NCBI GenBank assembly: GCA_965279515.1
Contig: CBDIID010000003.1
Coordinates: 480,001-544,000, forward strand
Direction: 5' to 3'
DNA from: Turneriella sp.
GTDB taxonomy: Bacteria; Spirochaetota; Leptospiria; Turneriellales; Turneriellaceae
DNA length: 64,000 nucleotides
Within the stretch, counting starts at the first letter, position 1, and the number at the start of each line of letters is the position of its first letter. Of the stretch, positions 1 to 9,278 are shown one piece after another. A model generated the notes under the pieces. It did no database searches. It saw only the letters and a program-made list of their open reading frames with translations, and was not told where the DNA came from. Position numbers and translations under genes: made by a program.

Positions 1-624
1 GGCATCTATAAACTCAATGCCATCCGCGGTAAAACGCCACTCGCGGTGATTATCCGCGGTGTGATCACAACTTTGCTCGGGCACATGGGCTATACCGTGA
101 CCGTCAAAGATTACCGCAACGTCGAAGAAGGCAAGCTCATGGTCGACCTCGAGAGCGAGTTCGCGGGTTATATCATTGGCAAGCATGGCCGCACGCTTGA
201 GGCGTTGCAGTTCATGACCAACCTCATCGTCGAAAAGATCACAGGCGAGCAGCCGAAAATCCTGCTCGATATCGAGAGCTACCGCGATCGCCGCGCACAA
301 CACCTCATGGAAATCGCGAAAAAGACGGGCGAATACGTTCTCAAAACCGGCAAGAGCCGCCTGCTCGACCCCTTGAACCCCTACGAGCGCCGCCTTGTAC
401 ACATGGCGCTGCAAGATAACGAGCATGTCAAAACCGAGTCTGAAGGTAACGGTGTTTACAAACGCGTGCGTGTGTTCCGCGTCGCGCAGAACCTGCCAAC
501 CGACCAGCAACCGGGCGACGCGCAGATCACGGACGAGAATATCGGCAATATTGCCTTTGAAGCCGGCCAGGACCCTGAAGGTGCCGAAGACATCGAGTTC
601 AAGGACGAAAACTTTAATCGCTGA
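1..624 (+). CDS. jag: Jag/EloR (KhpB) RNA-binding protein, KH + R3H domains; 5' end lies outside window
   Basis: KH motif IIGKHGRTLEALQ and R3H motif PYERRLVHMAL; frame open from base 1; upstream of mnmE. Confidence 0.9.
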   Translation, partial: GIYKLNAIRGKTPLAVIIRGVITTLLGHMGYTVTVKDYRNVEEGKLMVDLESEFAGYIIGKHGRTLEALQFMTNLIVEKITGEQPKILLDIESYRDRRAQHLMEIAKKTGEYVLKTGKSRLLDPLNPYERRLVHMALQDNEHVKTESEGNGVYKRVRVFRVAQNLPTDQQPGDAQITDENIGNIAFEAGQDPEGAEDIEFKDENFNR

Positions 625-649
625 GTCGCCTTCGGCGACCGCAAAATAA

Positions 650-2020
650 ATGGGTTCGCCCAGCGAGCCCATCTGCGCGCCGGCAACCTCTGCCGGCCGC
701 TCCGCCATTGCCATCATCCGTGCGAGTGGCGCGCCCCTCAAGGGCGAGAGCATTTTTCAAAAGCTCGGCGGTTCATTTAAAAGCAAAGACAATAAAATTG
801 CGGCGGATTTACCCGCGCGCAGAACCCACTACGGCCTCATGGGGTCTGGCTCCGAAACCATCGACGACGTTGTTTTTATTAAATTTGAAGGCTCTGCATC
901 GTTCACGGGCGAAGACAGTTTTGAGATCCATTGCCATGGTAATCCCCTCGTCATCCGCCAGATTCTGAACCTGCTCTATGGCCTCGGTTTCCGCGCGGCT
1001 GAAGGCGGCGAATTCACGCGCCGGGCCTACCTCAACGGCAAGCTCGACATCGACGCCGCGCAGGCGATCGCCGAAATCATCGAAGCGCGTAACGGCGAAA
1101 GTCTAAAGGCCGCGCGGCGCCTTAAATCGGGTACGTTTCGTTCAGGCATGCTGGCGCTGCGCTCGCAGCTGATGAATCTTCTCGCCGATCTCAACGCCGA
1201 GCTGGATTTTATCGACGAAGATATTTCTTTCGCAACACTCGAAACCAAACTCAAAATACTCGCCGAAGCCATTGCCACCGTCGGGAAACTCCGGCAAGAT
1301 GCAGAGCGTTTTGACTCGTTTAAGGAAGGCGTCAATATCGCCATCGTCGGCAAGCCCAATGCCGGCAAATCGTCGCTGATGAACCGGCTTTTGGGTGAAG
1401 AGCGCTCGATCGTGAGCGATATCGCCGGCACAACCCGCGACTATATCGAAGGCGAGCTGACAATTGCCGGCTTCAACGTACGCCTGTTTGACACGGCGGG
1501 CCTCAACGAAGCCAGCAGTGATCCCATTGAAAAACTGGGTATCGAACGCACACGCAGCCTCATGCTGCGCGCGCATATCTGCCTGCAGCTGATCGACGGC
1601 TCGACCCCTGCCTCTGATGAAAAAATCCCCGAAATCTCGCCGGAAGCCTCGTCTCTTCAGGTGATCAATAAATCTGATACCCTCGATGCGAGCCGCGGCA
1701 AGAATCCCGGAGATGGCACACTCTATATTTCAGCCAAAACAGGCGATGGCATCGCTGAACTTTTGTCCCGCATGGAAAAGCTCATCGCCAGCCGCGCGCC
1801 CTCCGCCGCCCTGCCTTTAAATCTCTGGCAGCGCCAGTTGCTCGCGCAAATTTCCGAGAATCTGACCGTGACGGCTGAAGGGCTAAAGGAGCGTGAGCTG
1901 CCTGAAGTGATTACGCATACAGTTCAGCTGGCCGTAGATAAAATCGCGGCGCTGACGGGTGAAATCACAAGCGAAGATATTTTAGGTCGGATTTTCAGCA
2001 GATTTTGTATTGGGAAATAG
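650..2020 (+). CDS. mnmE: tRNA modification GTPase MnmE/TrmE
   Basis: SFTGED, GKPNAGKSS, GTTRD, DTAG, NKSD motifs and C-terminal FSRFCIGK. Confidence 0.97.
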   Translation: MGSPSEPICAPATSAGRSAIAIIRASGAPLKGESIFQKLGGSFKSKDNKIAADLPARRTHYGLMGSGSETIDDVVFIKFEGSASFTGEDSFEIHCHGNPLVIRQILNLLYGLGFRAAEGGEFTRRAYLNGKLDIDAAQAIAEIIEARNGESLKAARRLKSGTFRSGMLALRSQLMNLLADLNAELDFIDEDISFATLETKLKILAEAIATVGKLRQDAERFDSFKEGVNIAIVGKPNAGKSSLMNRLLGEERSIVSDIAGTTRDYIEGELTIAGFNVRLFDTAGLNEASSDPIEKLGIERTRSLMLRAHICLQLIDGSTPASDEKIPEISPEASSLQVINKSDTLDASRGKNPGDGTLYISAKTGDGIAELLSRMEKLIASRAPSAALPLNLWQRQLLAQISENLTVTAEGLKERELPEVITHTVQLAVDKIAALTGEITSEDILGRIFSRFCIGK

Positions 2021-2053
2021 CCCCACCCTAGCCCTCCCCTTATAGGGGAGGGA
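2021..2053. repeat. Left half of a REP-like palindromic element interrupted by the prophage
   Basis: CCCCACCCTAGCCCTCCCCTTATAGGGGAGGGA is internally palindromic and an imperfect inverted copy of 39179..39218. Confidence 0.8.
2048..2053. repeat. 6-bp target site duplication, left copy (GAGGGA)
   Basis: Immediately precedes terminal TGT at 2054; identical to 39164..39169. Confidence 0.9.
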
Positions 2054-2103
2054 TGTTTGCACGCGAGATAATTGCGGGAAAAAAGCGAAATAATGCGACA
2101 AAT
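2054..2103 (+). repeat. Left terminal inverted repeat / putative transposase-binding end
   Basis: Aligns by hand to reverse complement of 39113..39163 at about 36 of 51 positions with one gap (shared AAAAAGC and TG.GACAAAT). Confidence 0.8.
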
Positions 2104-2122
2104 GACGATCTCCTTAAAGGCA

Positions 2123-2920
2123 TCAAAAATTACTGATCAGAAGCTCTTTTGCGTCCGTTGATCCCTTGCCAGAAACCGTATACTTCGTCGAAACTTCAAC
2201 CATTTTGAAGCCTGCAAAAGCCTTCCGAATCGGTTGAACATCGTTGATTGAGAGCAGGAATTTGCCCTTGATCGTCGCCAAAAGTGTCGCCATTTTGCCG
2301 AAGTCGGCTCGCGAAAACATGCCTTTGCCGTAGTCATTCTCGCCAAAATAATAAGGCGGATCGATGTAGAAAAGCGTTGTTGTGCGATCGTAACGACGGA
2401 TGAAATCATCGTAGCAAAGGCACTCGATAACCACACCAGAAAGCCGCGTGTGCAGCTCTTCAAGAATCGGGCCGAGCTTCGTGATATCAAACCGCCCTGA
2501 TGCGCCTGGCGTCACGCCGAAACTGCGGCCGGCAACTTTGCCGCCGAACGATGTCCGCTGCAGGTAAATGAACTTGGCAGCCTTCTCCAGATCGGTCAGC
2601 GTATCAGACCGCGTCTTGCACAGCCGCTCGAATTCAGGTCGTGAAGTGATCTGGAATTTCAGCATGTCCAGAAAGGCAACATAGTGTCGCTGCAGCACGC
2701 GGAATAGATTCGCGACCTCGAGGTTGAAGTCGTTGATGACCTCGGACTTCGGTGAAGACTGCCGGCGCAGAAAGATGCCACCCATACCGACGAATGGCTC
2801 AGCATAGGTCGTATGCTTCAACGCGTCGATGATTGGAATGATCACCTTTGCCAGCTGGCGTTTACCGCCCAGGTATGGTGCGGCGGGTTTTGTGGGTTTG
2901 ATCGGTCTTTTGATAGGCAT
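2123..2920 (-). CDS. Dam-like (D12 class) N6-adenine DNA methyltransferase
   Basis: PYLGGK, YAEPFVGMGGIF, INDFN and catalytic DPPY motifs. Confidence 0.92.
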   Translation of the reverse strand: MPIKRPIKPTKPAAPYLGGKRQLAKVIIPIIDALKHTTYAEPFVGMGGIFLRRQSSPKSEVINDFNLEVANLFRVLQRHYVAFLDMLKFQITSRPEFERLCKTRSDTLTDLEKAAKFIYLQRTSFGGKVAGRSFGVTPGASGRFDITKLGPILEELHTRLSGVVIECLCYDDFIRRYDRTTTLFYIDPPYYFGENDYGKGMFSRADFGKMATLLATIKGKFLLSINDVQPIRKAFAGFKMVEVSTKYTVSGKGSTDAKELLISNF

Positions 2921-2931
2921 ATTTTATCAAG

Positions 2932-3123
2932 CTACTCCGGCAGAGGTTCCGGCTCGGGCAATGGCCAAACCGGCGTTCGAATTACGATACGCTGATCTTC
3001 TTCAGCGTGCTCACGATTCCAGAGTTCAACAGAGAGCTGGGCACGCTGCAAAAGGCTCTTGCTTTCTTCATCCGAACACTCGATAATGTTCTCGTAGGTA
3101 TCGCTTTTGATTACTATTTTCAT
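2932..3123 (-). CDS. Small hypothetical protein, possible tail fibre assembly protein
   Basis: AGGAG SD; directly downstream of tail fibre gene. Confidence 0.55.
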   Translation of the reverse strand: MKIVIKSDTYENIIECSDEESKSLLQRAQLSVELWNREHAEEDQRIVIRTPVWPLPEPEPLPE

Positions 3124-3132
3124 GGTTTTCTC

Positions 3133-4512
3133 CTATGGTACGAAACGCTTAACGTATGCCGCAAAGCAAACGCCGAGAGCTCTCGGATCTGTAGTTTTTC
3201 CCGTTCTTGGTGTTCCGTTAACGCCATCTGATATCGCATCCTTTGCCCATATTGCATTCGGATATGACGATCCCGATGACCCTGTGTCTGATATACCTGA
3301 CAAACCTCCGGTTGTACCAACGCGAGAAAGTGTGCTGCCACCATTATCATGCCAATGTCCTTCTAATCTATCCCGTCTCGGCAGACCCTCAATGACCTCG
3401 CCATCAGCATCATTGATGGCCACGAGAGCCTGCCCTTTGATCTGGTAGTGGCGCGCTTTGGCCGCCTCACCCTGAATGCGATGCGGATAGATCTCGATCG
3501 TGCGCGTGACTGATGAAGATCCCGCATTCGAACCGACGTTCGGAATGTCGACAGCACGCGTGAGCGGATCGAGGCCGATGACCGGATAATCGCCGGCAGC
3601 GATCGTGCCTATGGCCACCGGAATGTTAATGCAGAACCATCCTGAGTAAGATCCGAAAAACAGGTTCGCTTCGGCCAAGGCAGCGATCATCTTCAGCTCT
3701 GGCGTCAGGTTATCCAGGATGAGCGTCGCAACGTTTGAATTACGGCTCCAGCTGACGACATCGAACGCGTCCTTTTGGTCCGGCGTGCCAGGCTTATATC
3801 TGGCCTTTTTGGCGCGAAGGTGCGGCACATAGTCAGGATAATTTACCGCTTCGAGAACTGCGTCTGGATTCGTGAGCGGAAACCATGGGTTGACCGCCGA
3901 AACTGCCTGAAAATAATCGAGCGGCTTGATTTCTCCAACAACCATGAACTGTTCGATGGCCGTGAGGCGCACGGTTAAGTCCGCGAAGCTACCTGCAGGT
4001 GCGCTGCCCAGCTCGTCGATGCGGTTGATCTGCGCCTGCAGTGCCGCGTAGGTACGTAGATCTGTGCTGAGCGTACGCGCGCCGCTGGCCATCGTGACGA
4101 TGCGCAGAGGAATATCGCCCGTGATTGGGGCCGAGGTGCGCGCGATGAGCTCGAAAGAGTTTTCGCGGCGCGTTGAGACTTGGCCGTTTGACAGCGGCTG
4201 GTTCTCTTCGATCTCTGTGAACTTGTGGCGGGCGACGACGTAGTTCGTGCCTTCGGCGAGCGTGAGTTGCGCTGTCTGCGTCGGGAAATAGACCAGCTGG
4301 CCGTCGCTGTTGAAGGCGAGCAATTCTGCCACGTCGACCTTGAGTGCCGTGCCTGAAACCGTGACAGCGCCACCACGCACAACGCCGGTACCGAACACCT
4401 CTTTCCAACGATTGATGATCTCGTCGCTGATCGCACTCTGCTCTCCGCGGAAATCTTCCGCGAAGATCTTTAACCCATGATCTGGGTAAATGAATCCTGA
4501 TATTTTTGACAT
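3133..4512 (-). CDS. Tail fibre / receptor-binding protein
   Basis: Follows baseplate genes; collar-like C-terminus (DRLEGHWH...GTPRTGKTTDPR). Confidence 0.75.
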   Translation of the reverse strand: MSKISGFIYPDHGLKIFAEDFRGEQSAISDEIINRWKEVFGTGVVRGGAVTVSGTALKVDVAELLAFNSDGQLVYFPTQTAQLTLAEGTNYVVARHKFTEIEENQPLSNGQVSTRRENSFELIARTSAPITGDIPLRIVTMASGARTLSTDLRTYAALQAQINRIDELGSAPAGSFADLTVRLTAIEQFMVVGEIKPLDYFQAVSAVNPWFPLTNPDAVLEAVNYPDYVPHLRAKKARYKPGTPDQKDAFDVVSWSRNSNVATLILDNLTPELKMIAALAEANLFFGSYSGWFCINIPVAIGTIAAGDYPVIGLDPLTRAVDIPNVGSNAGSSSVTRTIEIYPHRIQGEAAKARHYQIKGQALVAINDADGEVIEGLPRRDRLEGHWHDNGGSTLSRVGTTGGLSGISDTGSSGSSYPNAIWAKDAISDGVNGTPRTGKTTDPRALGVCFAAYVKRFVP

Positions 4513-5228
4513 TAGTTGTACCTCTCTGTTTTGTACACCTCCGGGATTAAGCGCGGCAATATATATGTGTTGATGCCTATCTCTGAAATTCCTACTTGAA
4601 AAGCCGTAATTTTTTCGCGTTTCTCGAATATGATCGGCTCGTTGCCGCCATAGTTGGCACGCTCGATCGCGCGCACAAATTCGGAACGCTGCACGCCTGA
4701 CTGAGCACTGAGGTCAGGCAGAACTATCCAGTAAACAAAAGCGAGGTAGAGTGCGTCGTGCGGCAATGCGGCCGCGACATTCAGAGCCCAAAATATGGGG
4801 GGATTGTTTTCGTCGGGCGCGATCACCGTTTCGCCAACGGTAAAGGCATTGCCGTCGTTCGTGAGGGCTTCAATGATTTCGGGAATAACGCCGAGGTAAA
4901 CGTACGCGAGCGCCTTGAGCGTGCCTTTGACGGCGCCGGAGCGGCGGCTTTGGCGCACGGAAATAAGCCGCGCGCGGTAGTCGGGATCTGTCTCGCCGGG
5001 ATTGCGCCTGACGCGATAGCTCTCGCCATGTTTGTCCAGAGAATCGCCGACTGCAGTTCTCAGAAACGGCGCGTCGTAGAGTTCGTTCGCCATGCCGATC
5101 AGAACATTCGGCAACGGTATGCCGAGCGTCTTCAGGACGCGTGCCCAGACCGACGTTTCTTTCAGCGCGAGAATGCGCTTCGGCAAGTGCTGCCAGATCC
5201 ATTTCGTGAATGAATAGCTGAAGCGCAT
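4512..5228 (-). CDS. Baseplate wedge protein (gpI/gp48 position)
   Basis: TAVGDSLDKHGE..RRNPGETDPDYRARL motif; follows baseplate J. Confidence 0.7.
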   Translation of the reverse strand: MRFSYSFTKWIWQHLPKRILALKETSVWARVLKTLGIPLPNVLIGMANELYDAPFLRTAVGDSLDKHGESYRVRRNPGETDPDYRARLISVRQSRRSGAVKGTLKALAYVYLGVIPEIIEALTNDGNAFTVGETVIAPDENNPPIFWALNVAAALPHDALYLAFVYWIVLPDLSAQSGVQRSEFVRAIERANYGGNEPIIFEKREKITAFQVGISEIGINTYILPRLIPEVYKTERYN

Positions 5229-6346
5229 CAGGTGTCAGCGAACTCCTCTTTTGTCCAGGTGACGGTACCGAGAACCGCGACCTGATCAGACGGTACCGTC
5301 ACGTTCGCCGAAGGCGCCGTGATCTTCGCGTCTTTCATGCCGCCGGCGATGAGACCGGCTTCAATGACGGACAGGATGATATCACCGCCAGCCGGCAGGC
5401 GCGTGAAGTAGCCGTTCACGATCGCTTCAAGGAACTCATCGGTCGGTTCGCCGACTTCAGGGTCGAACCAGACGTCGATCGTCATGTTCTGAACATACGG
5501 TGACGGCAGTGCGGCTATGACATGAAACGCGCCTGCAGGATCGAGAGCGTCGTTGTTGAAATGATCTTCGACCGCATCGAGAACTTCTTCGGATGCCGGG
5601 CCGCCGATACCAACGACGAGAATGCCGACGGTACCGCGGCCGTCGTAACGCGGAATGATGATCGCCTGCTGTACGCCGGCGATCGTTTCGGCTTCTGACT
5701 TGAACCAGGCCATCGTGCCGATCGCGACGCCTTCGCGTTTGTCTTTGAGGCGTGAGCGCGCGGCTTCGAGAGATTCTTCGTCGGCGCCGCCGGTTGCTGC
5801 AGAAAGGTTATAGCAGACATCGATGCCATCGATATCGGTTTCAACGACCGTGATCGTCATCGCCGGCACGTTGTGCCCTGGTCCGGTTTGGATGGCGCGC
5901 GCGAGCAACGGTACCGTGTAGGTTTCGTTGTCGTCGATCGTGGTGTCGGGAGTTATCGCACCGGCTTCGAGCAGATCGAAGATGAAGCCGTCTTCGCCTG
6001 GCGTCTTCACAAGCGCGCCTTGCGGAATTGGCTTTGCTTCATCGGGTAGCTCTGACGCGCCCACGCGAACCGTGACAGTGGCAAACGATGGCTCTTTGAA
6101 GGTGAGACCTTCTTCAGCCAGGTGGCGCGCTAGGGCGTAACGATCGGAAGAGTCTGGCCAGATCGAGTCGAAAACATTCTTCACGATCTCGTTGATAAAA
6201 TGCGTAACCGCAAAAGACAAGCCGTTGACGATGCGCATCCACACCGAATTTGAATTCAGGTTCGAGAGACGTTTCAGTTTGTCGTCTGCAGTGGCGGCGG
6301 TGATGATCGTCGCGCGGACTTCGTCGTGTGTTACGGTGGTTTTCAT
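5228..6346 (-). CDS. Baseplate J / gp47-like protein
   Basis: GGADEESLEAARSR and PRYDGRGTV motifs. Confidence 0.9.
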   Translation of the reverse strand: MKTTVTHDEVRATIITAATADDKLKRLSNLNSNSVWMRIVNGLSFAVTHFINEIVKNVFDSIWPDSSDRYALARHLAEEGLTFKEPSFATVTVRVGASELPDEAKPIPQGALVKTPGEDGFIFDLLEAGAITPDTTIDDNETYTVPLLARAIQTGPGHNVPAMTITVVETDIDGIDVCYNLSAATGGADEESLEAARSRLKDKREGVAIGTMAWFKSEAETIAGVQQAIIIPRYDGRGTVGILVVGIGGPASEEVLDAVEDHFNNDALDPAGAFHVIAALPSPYVQNMTIDVWFDPEVGEPTDEFLEAIVNGYFTRLPAGGDIILSVIEAGLIAGGMKDAKITAPSANVTVPSDQVAVLGTVTWTKEEFADT

Positions 6347-6723
6347 AGTATAAAATTCTCCACAACCTGCTCATCGATCGTCTTAAAGGTAGCTTGAAAA
6401 TGCGGAGTGCCGGCGACGTCGGTGGCGATGATATCGATCGGCATCGGCTTTACCCGCGGATCTGACGCGAGCTGGTCTTCGTACTTGCGGGCGGTCTCGA
6501 TGAGACCCAGATCGTCGGTCGGTACCTGGCGCGGTATGAGCGCGCCTTCCCACGGGTTGAAGACGTCGTCGCATGGGTGCTGCGAAAGGCCCGAGCGGAG
6601 ATCTTGCTTCAGGCAGGTCATGCCCTGGGCAAGTTTGAAGTCGCCGATGGCCGGATCGATGACGACCTCGTGCGAGTCATCGACCGCGATATCGCTCCCA
6701 AGTAATTCTGCGCCTGCTGCCAT
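6343..6723 (-). CDS. Baseplate protein (gpW/gp46-like)
   Basis: GDFKLAQGMTCLKQDL and DPRV motifs; synteny. Confidence 0.65.
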   Translation of the reverse strand: MAAGAELLGSDIAVDDSHEVVIDPAIGDFKLAQGMTCLKQDLRSGLSQHPCDDVFNPWEGALIPRQVPTDDLGLIETARKYEDQLASDPRVKPMPIDIIATDVAGTPHFQATFKTIDEQVVENFIL

Positions 6724-7308
6724 CTATTCAACCTTGTTCTTGCTTGAAAGCAGCGTTGCTGGAATCGTTGGCACGACAGCGTCTGAGAGCGGCGGCGTAA
6801 CAGTGAGACCCCATGCAACTGTCGTCTGCAGTAAAGTGATGATCTGCTGCAGCAATGTTAGGAGCTCATCGCCGCGCACCATCTTCTGCGCGCCAGTGCC
6901 GAGCTGGGTGCCGGCCCCCGTGATCTTCACGCGGCCGTCGGCGCCGACTTTGATATCGAAGCCGGAGTCGCTCATGTCGATCGATAGCGAACCAGCCGGC
7001 GAGCTTTTGAGGATAATCTTTTTGATCTTCGAGCAGGCGACGATGTACGCCTGATTTTTGAAGTCGAGAGAATAGAGGCAGAGAACGTGGCTGTCGTCTG
7101 CCGGTACCACGACCAGGTTCGAGTCGCCCACGACGTTCAGGAAAACGCGATCGAGCTTTGCGCCGCCGGTGGATGGCAGCACTTCGCAGGTGTGCTTTGC
7201 TTCGTCGACGGTACCGCGCTTTACGCGGCCGATGAACGGCGCCGGAGAGCCGAACATTTTGATGATCTGCTTCAGGCTCTCCGTTGGGCCTTTGTCTTCT
7301 CTGATCAT
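6724..7308 (-). CDS. Baseplate spike (gpV/gp45-like)
   Basis: OB-fold-like N-terminus, beta-repeat C-terminus; synteny. Confidence 0.65.
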   Translation of the reverse strand: MIREDKGPTESLKQIIKMFGSPAPFIGRVKRGTVDEAKHTCEVLPSTGGAKLDRVFLNVVGDSNLVVVPADDSHVLCLYSLDFKNQAYIVACSKIKKIILKSSPAGSLSIDMSDSGFDIKVGADGRVKITGAGTQLGTGAQKMVRGDELLTLLQQIITLLQTTVAWGLTVTPPLSDAVVPTIPATLLSSKNKVE

Positions 7309-8402
7309 CAGCTCGCCGCCCTCGTCGGCTTGAAGCGAGCCGTGACCTGGTTGATAATCTGGTTGATGTCGACGATGGCCTGCGGTACCGGAACTGGAAT
7401 GATGTCACGGCGGAAACCGCTGGTGTCGAAAGTTACTTCAGTCTGCCGTATTGTTTGCACGGTCGGCTTTTCATCCTTCATCTTGATAGAACAATACTGT
7501 CCGGCCCTCACGTAGGGATGGCCGAAGGTTTTAAAATTTCCGTTGTATCCGCCGGAGTTTAGTTGAATAAATAACTCTTTTGCGCGTGAATAGCAGGCAT
7601 TGCCATCACCTAAGCCATCGACGTAATAGACTCGTTCTTCGCCGGGCGCATTCTTGTATGCCAAACCTTTCAAAAGGTAATGAGACGCCTGGACATAGCT
7701 GCCGACTTTGTGCTCGGAACAGACCGTAACCTTCTTCACGACATTACCAGCACCGAACTGTAGGTTGCTCTCGATGATGTTCACGCCTTCCGCATATTCT
7801 GGGTATGCGTCACCAGCTATAACAGCTTCACTATGATGGATGAAGTAGAGTTTTTTTCTCGAGAAATAGGCGAGAAAGCCATGATCGTTTGCGAGCTTCT
7901 GAACCGCTGCTCGGATCGTCATGTTAAAGGGCTTACCTAGCGATGTAAAATGACAGGCAGTAAAATCTATCCGCCGCAGCTTTGCGACCCGACTGATGAT
8001 TGCATCTTCTGCGACCGTGCCACGCAGAATGTGGCGTAAAATCTCATAGATGGTCTTTTGTGAATATCGGATCTGGCCGGTGACATATTTTTGTCGCAGG
8101 TCGTAGAAGAGATCAGCGCAGTGGATCTCATTCGGCGACTGCGGAGAGACCTCGGTAACCTTGCCGTAGAATTCGGCGTTCAGACCGTACTCTTCATAGC
8201 CGAGTTCGATGATCACCTCATCGTTTTTCTTGATATCTTTTCTGTAAATCTGCGGCATGATGAGCGTCGCAGTGTCCATGTGGTCGTCGATCGACGTCTT
8301 GATTTTTACGGAACCGACCTCGCGGTACGGATTGCCGGCGATAGTAATCTTAGCGATCAAACTGTACACTGAGGTTCCTCCGCATGTCAGCTGCTGCGTC
8401 AA
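7308..8402 (-). CDS. Baseplate hub (gpD/gp44-like)
   Basis: IELGY..EFYGKV and GYNGNFKTFGHP motifs; synteny. Confidence 0.75.
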   Translation of the reverse strand: MTQQLTCGGTSVYSLIAKITIAGNPYREVGSVKIKTSIDDHMDTATLIMPQIYRKDIKKNDEVIIELGYEEYGLNAEFYGKVTEVSPQSPNEIHCADLFYDLRQKYVTGQIRYSQKTIYEILRHILRGTVAEDAIISRVAKLRRIDFTACHFTSLGKPFNMTIRAAVQKLANDHGFLAYFSRKKLYFIHHSEAVIAGDAYPEYAEGVNIIESNLQFGAGNVVKKVTVCSEHKVGSYVQASHYLLKGLAYKNAPGEERVYYVDGLGDGNACYSRAKELFIQLNSGGYNGNFKTFGHPYVRAGQYCSIKMKDEKPTVQTIRQTEVTFDTSGFRRDIIPVPVPQAIVDINQIINQVTARFKPTRAAS

Positions 8403-8742
8403 ACTCGAGTTTGGTCACCAACGCTGGTATAAGATAAGTGGTGCCGGGGATCAATGCCGGAGGAAAATCATTGGCCTGATCGATACGGACATAAAACTGT
8501 CTGATGCCGTAATACTTCTCAGCTAGATCTTGGCTCGTTTCACCTGATACCGCAACGTGCAGTGTGTCTTGCATCAGCGGATCAGGAATTGCCAGCTTCG
8601 TATTTGGTGCGAGCGTAAAGATATCGGGACCGATGGCGTTTTCATTGTGCGAATATAGATAGGCATACAGATCATGTCGAAAGTAAAAAAGAACTGCAAC
8701 GCGTAGAAGAGAATCTCCGGATCGGCTCGTGTAGTATTTCAC
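8350..8742 (-). CDS. Tail protein with two LysM-like (gpX-like) repeats
   Basis: YTSRSGDSLLRVA and HVAVSGETSQDLAEKYYG repeats. Confidence 0.7.
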   Translation of the reverse strand: MKYYTSRSGDSLLRVAVLFYFRHDLYAYLYSHNENAIGPDIFTLAPNTKLAIPDPLMQDTLHVAVSGETSQDLAEKYYGIRQFYVRIDQANDFPPALIPGTTYLIPALVTKLEFDAAADMRRNLSVQFDR

Positions 8743-9278
8743 AAACCCACCAGTCCGCGCAACTTATTCACGGCGTTGTCTTTCGTTTGAATCTCGCGGC
8801 GCGTAGCGTTGTCAGATAGTGCTTCAAACTTAAACGTCATAACGCTTTGAAAGCCTTTCTTTGGAGGGGCTTCAAAGTTTTGAATGGCTACCTGCTTGAT
8901 CCCGAATTTTTCAGTATAAGGACATATGATCTGAACAGAGTGATTTTTCTGCCAAATAGCAACCAACAGATCAAGCTGATTTAGTAGACTCTTATTGTTT
9001 TTCGCGGCAAAAACGCCTTCGATGCTCACGTCATAATCTGGTCTGGATATCTGTTCTTTGACTGTGCTTTCACCACCAGGGATGTCTGTGATGATGATAT
9101 TTTTCCTGGCTTTGACGGAGATCGTCGTGTTGCTTGGCAGTTTAACGCCATCGAGCTTGATCGGATAAACCGATCGAGTGAGCAGGCTGAACGGAGACGG
9201 TAAAGAATCACCGCCAGAGAACGTGGCCAGATCTCCTGGCGCCGAGAGTACATCACCGCCGACGTCAACGAGTCCCAT
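8739..9278 (-). CDS. Tail tube initiator-like protein (DUF6046-like)
   Basis: KNIIIT..GESTVKE motif; directly after tape measure gene. Confidence 0.6.
   Translation of the reverse strand: MGLVDVGGDVLSAPGDLATFSGGDSLPSPFSLLTRSVYPIKLDGVKLPSNTTISVKARKNIIITDIPGGESTVKEQISRPDYDVSIEGVFAAKNNKSLLNQLDLLVAIWQKNHSVQIICPYTEKFGIKQVAIQNFEAPPKKGFQSVMTFKFEALSDNATRREIQTKDNAVNKLRGLVGL

Noticed and set aside
625..639. Hairpin GTCGCC-TTC-GGCGAC between jag and mnmE as a terminator
   Set aside because: No U-tract on the coding strand; too short to assign a function
1990..2060. Integrase-mediated island at the mnmE 3' end
   Set aside because: No tyrosine or serine integrase and no duplicated mnmE end; junctions match DDE transposition
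3133..4512. Diversity-generating retroelement or invertible tail-fibre cassette
   Set aside because: No reverse transcriptase, invertase, template repeat or second fibre tip found
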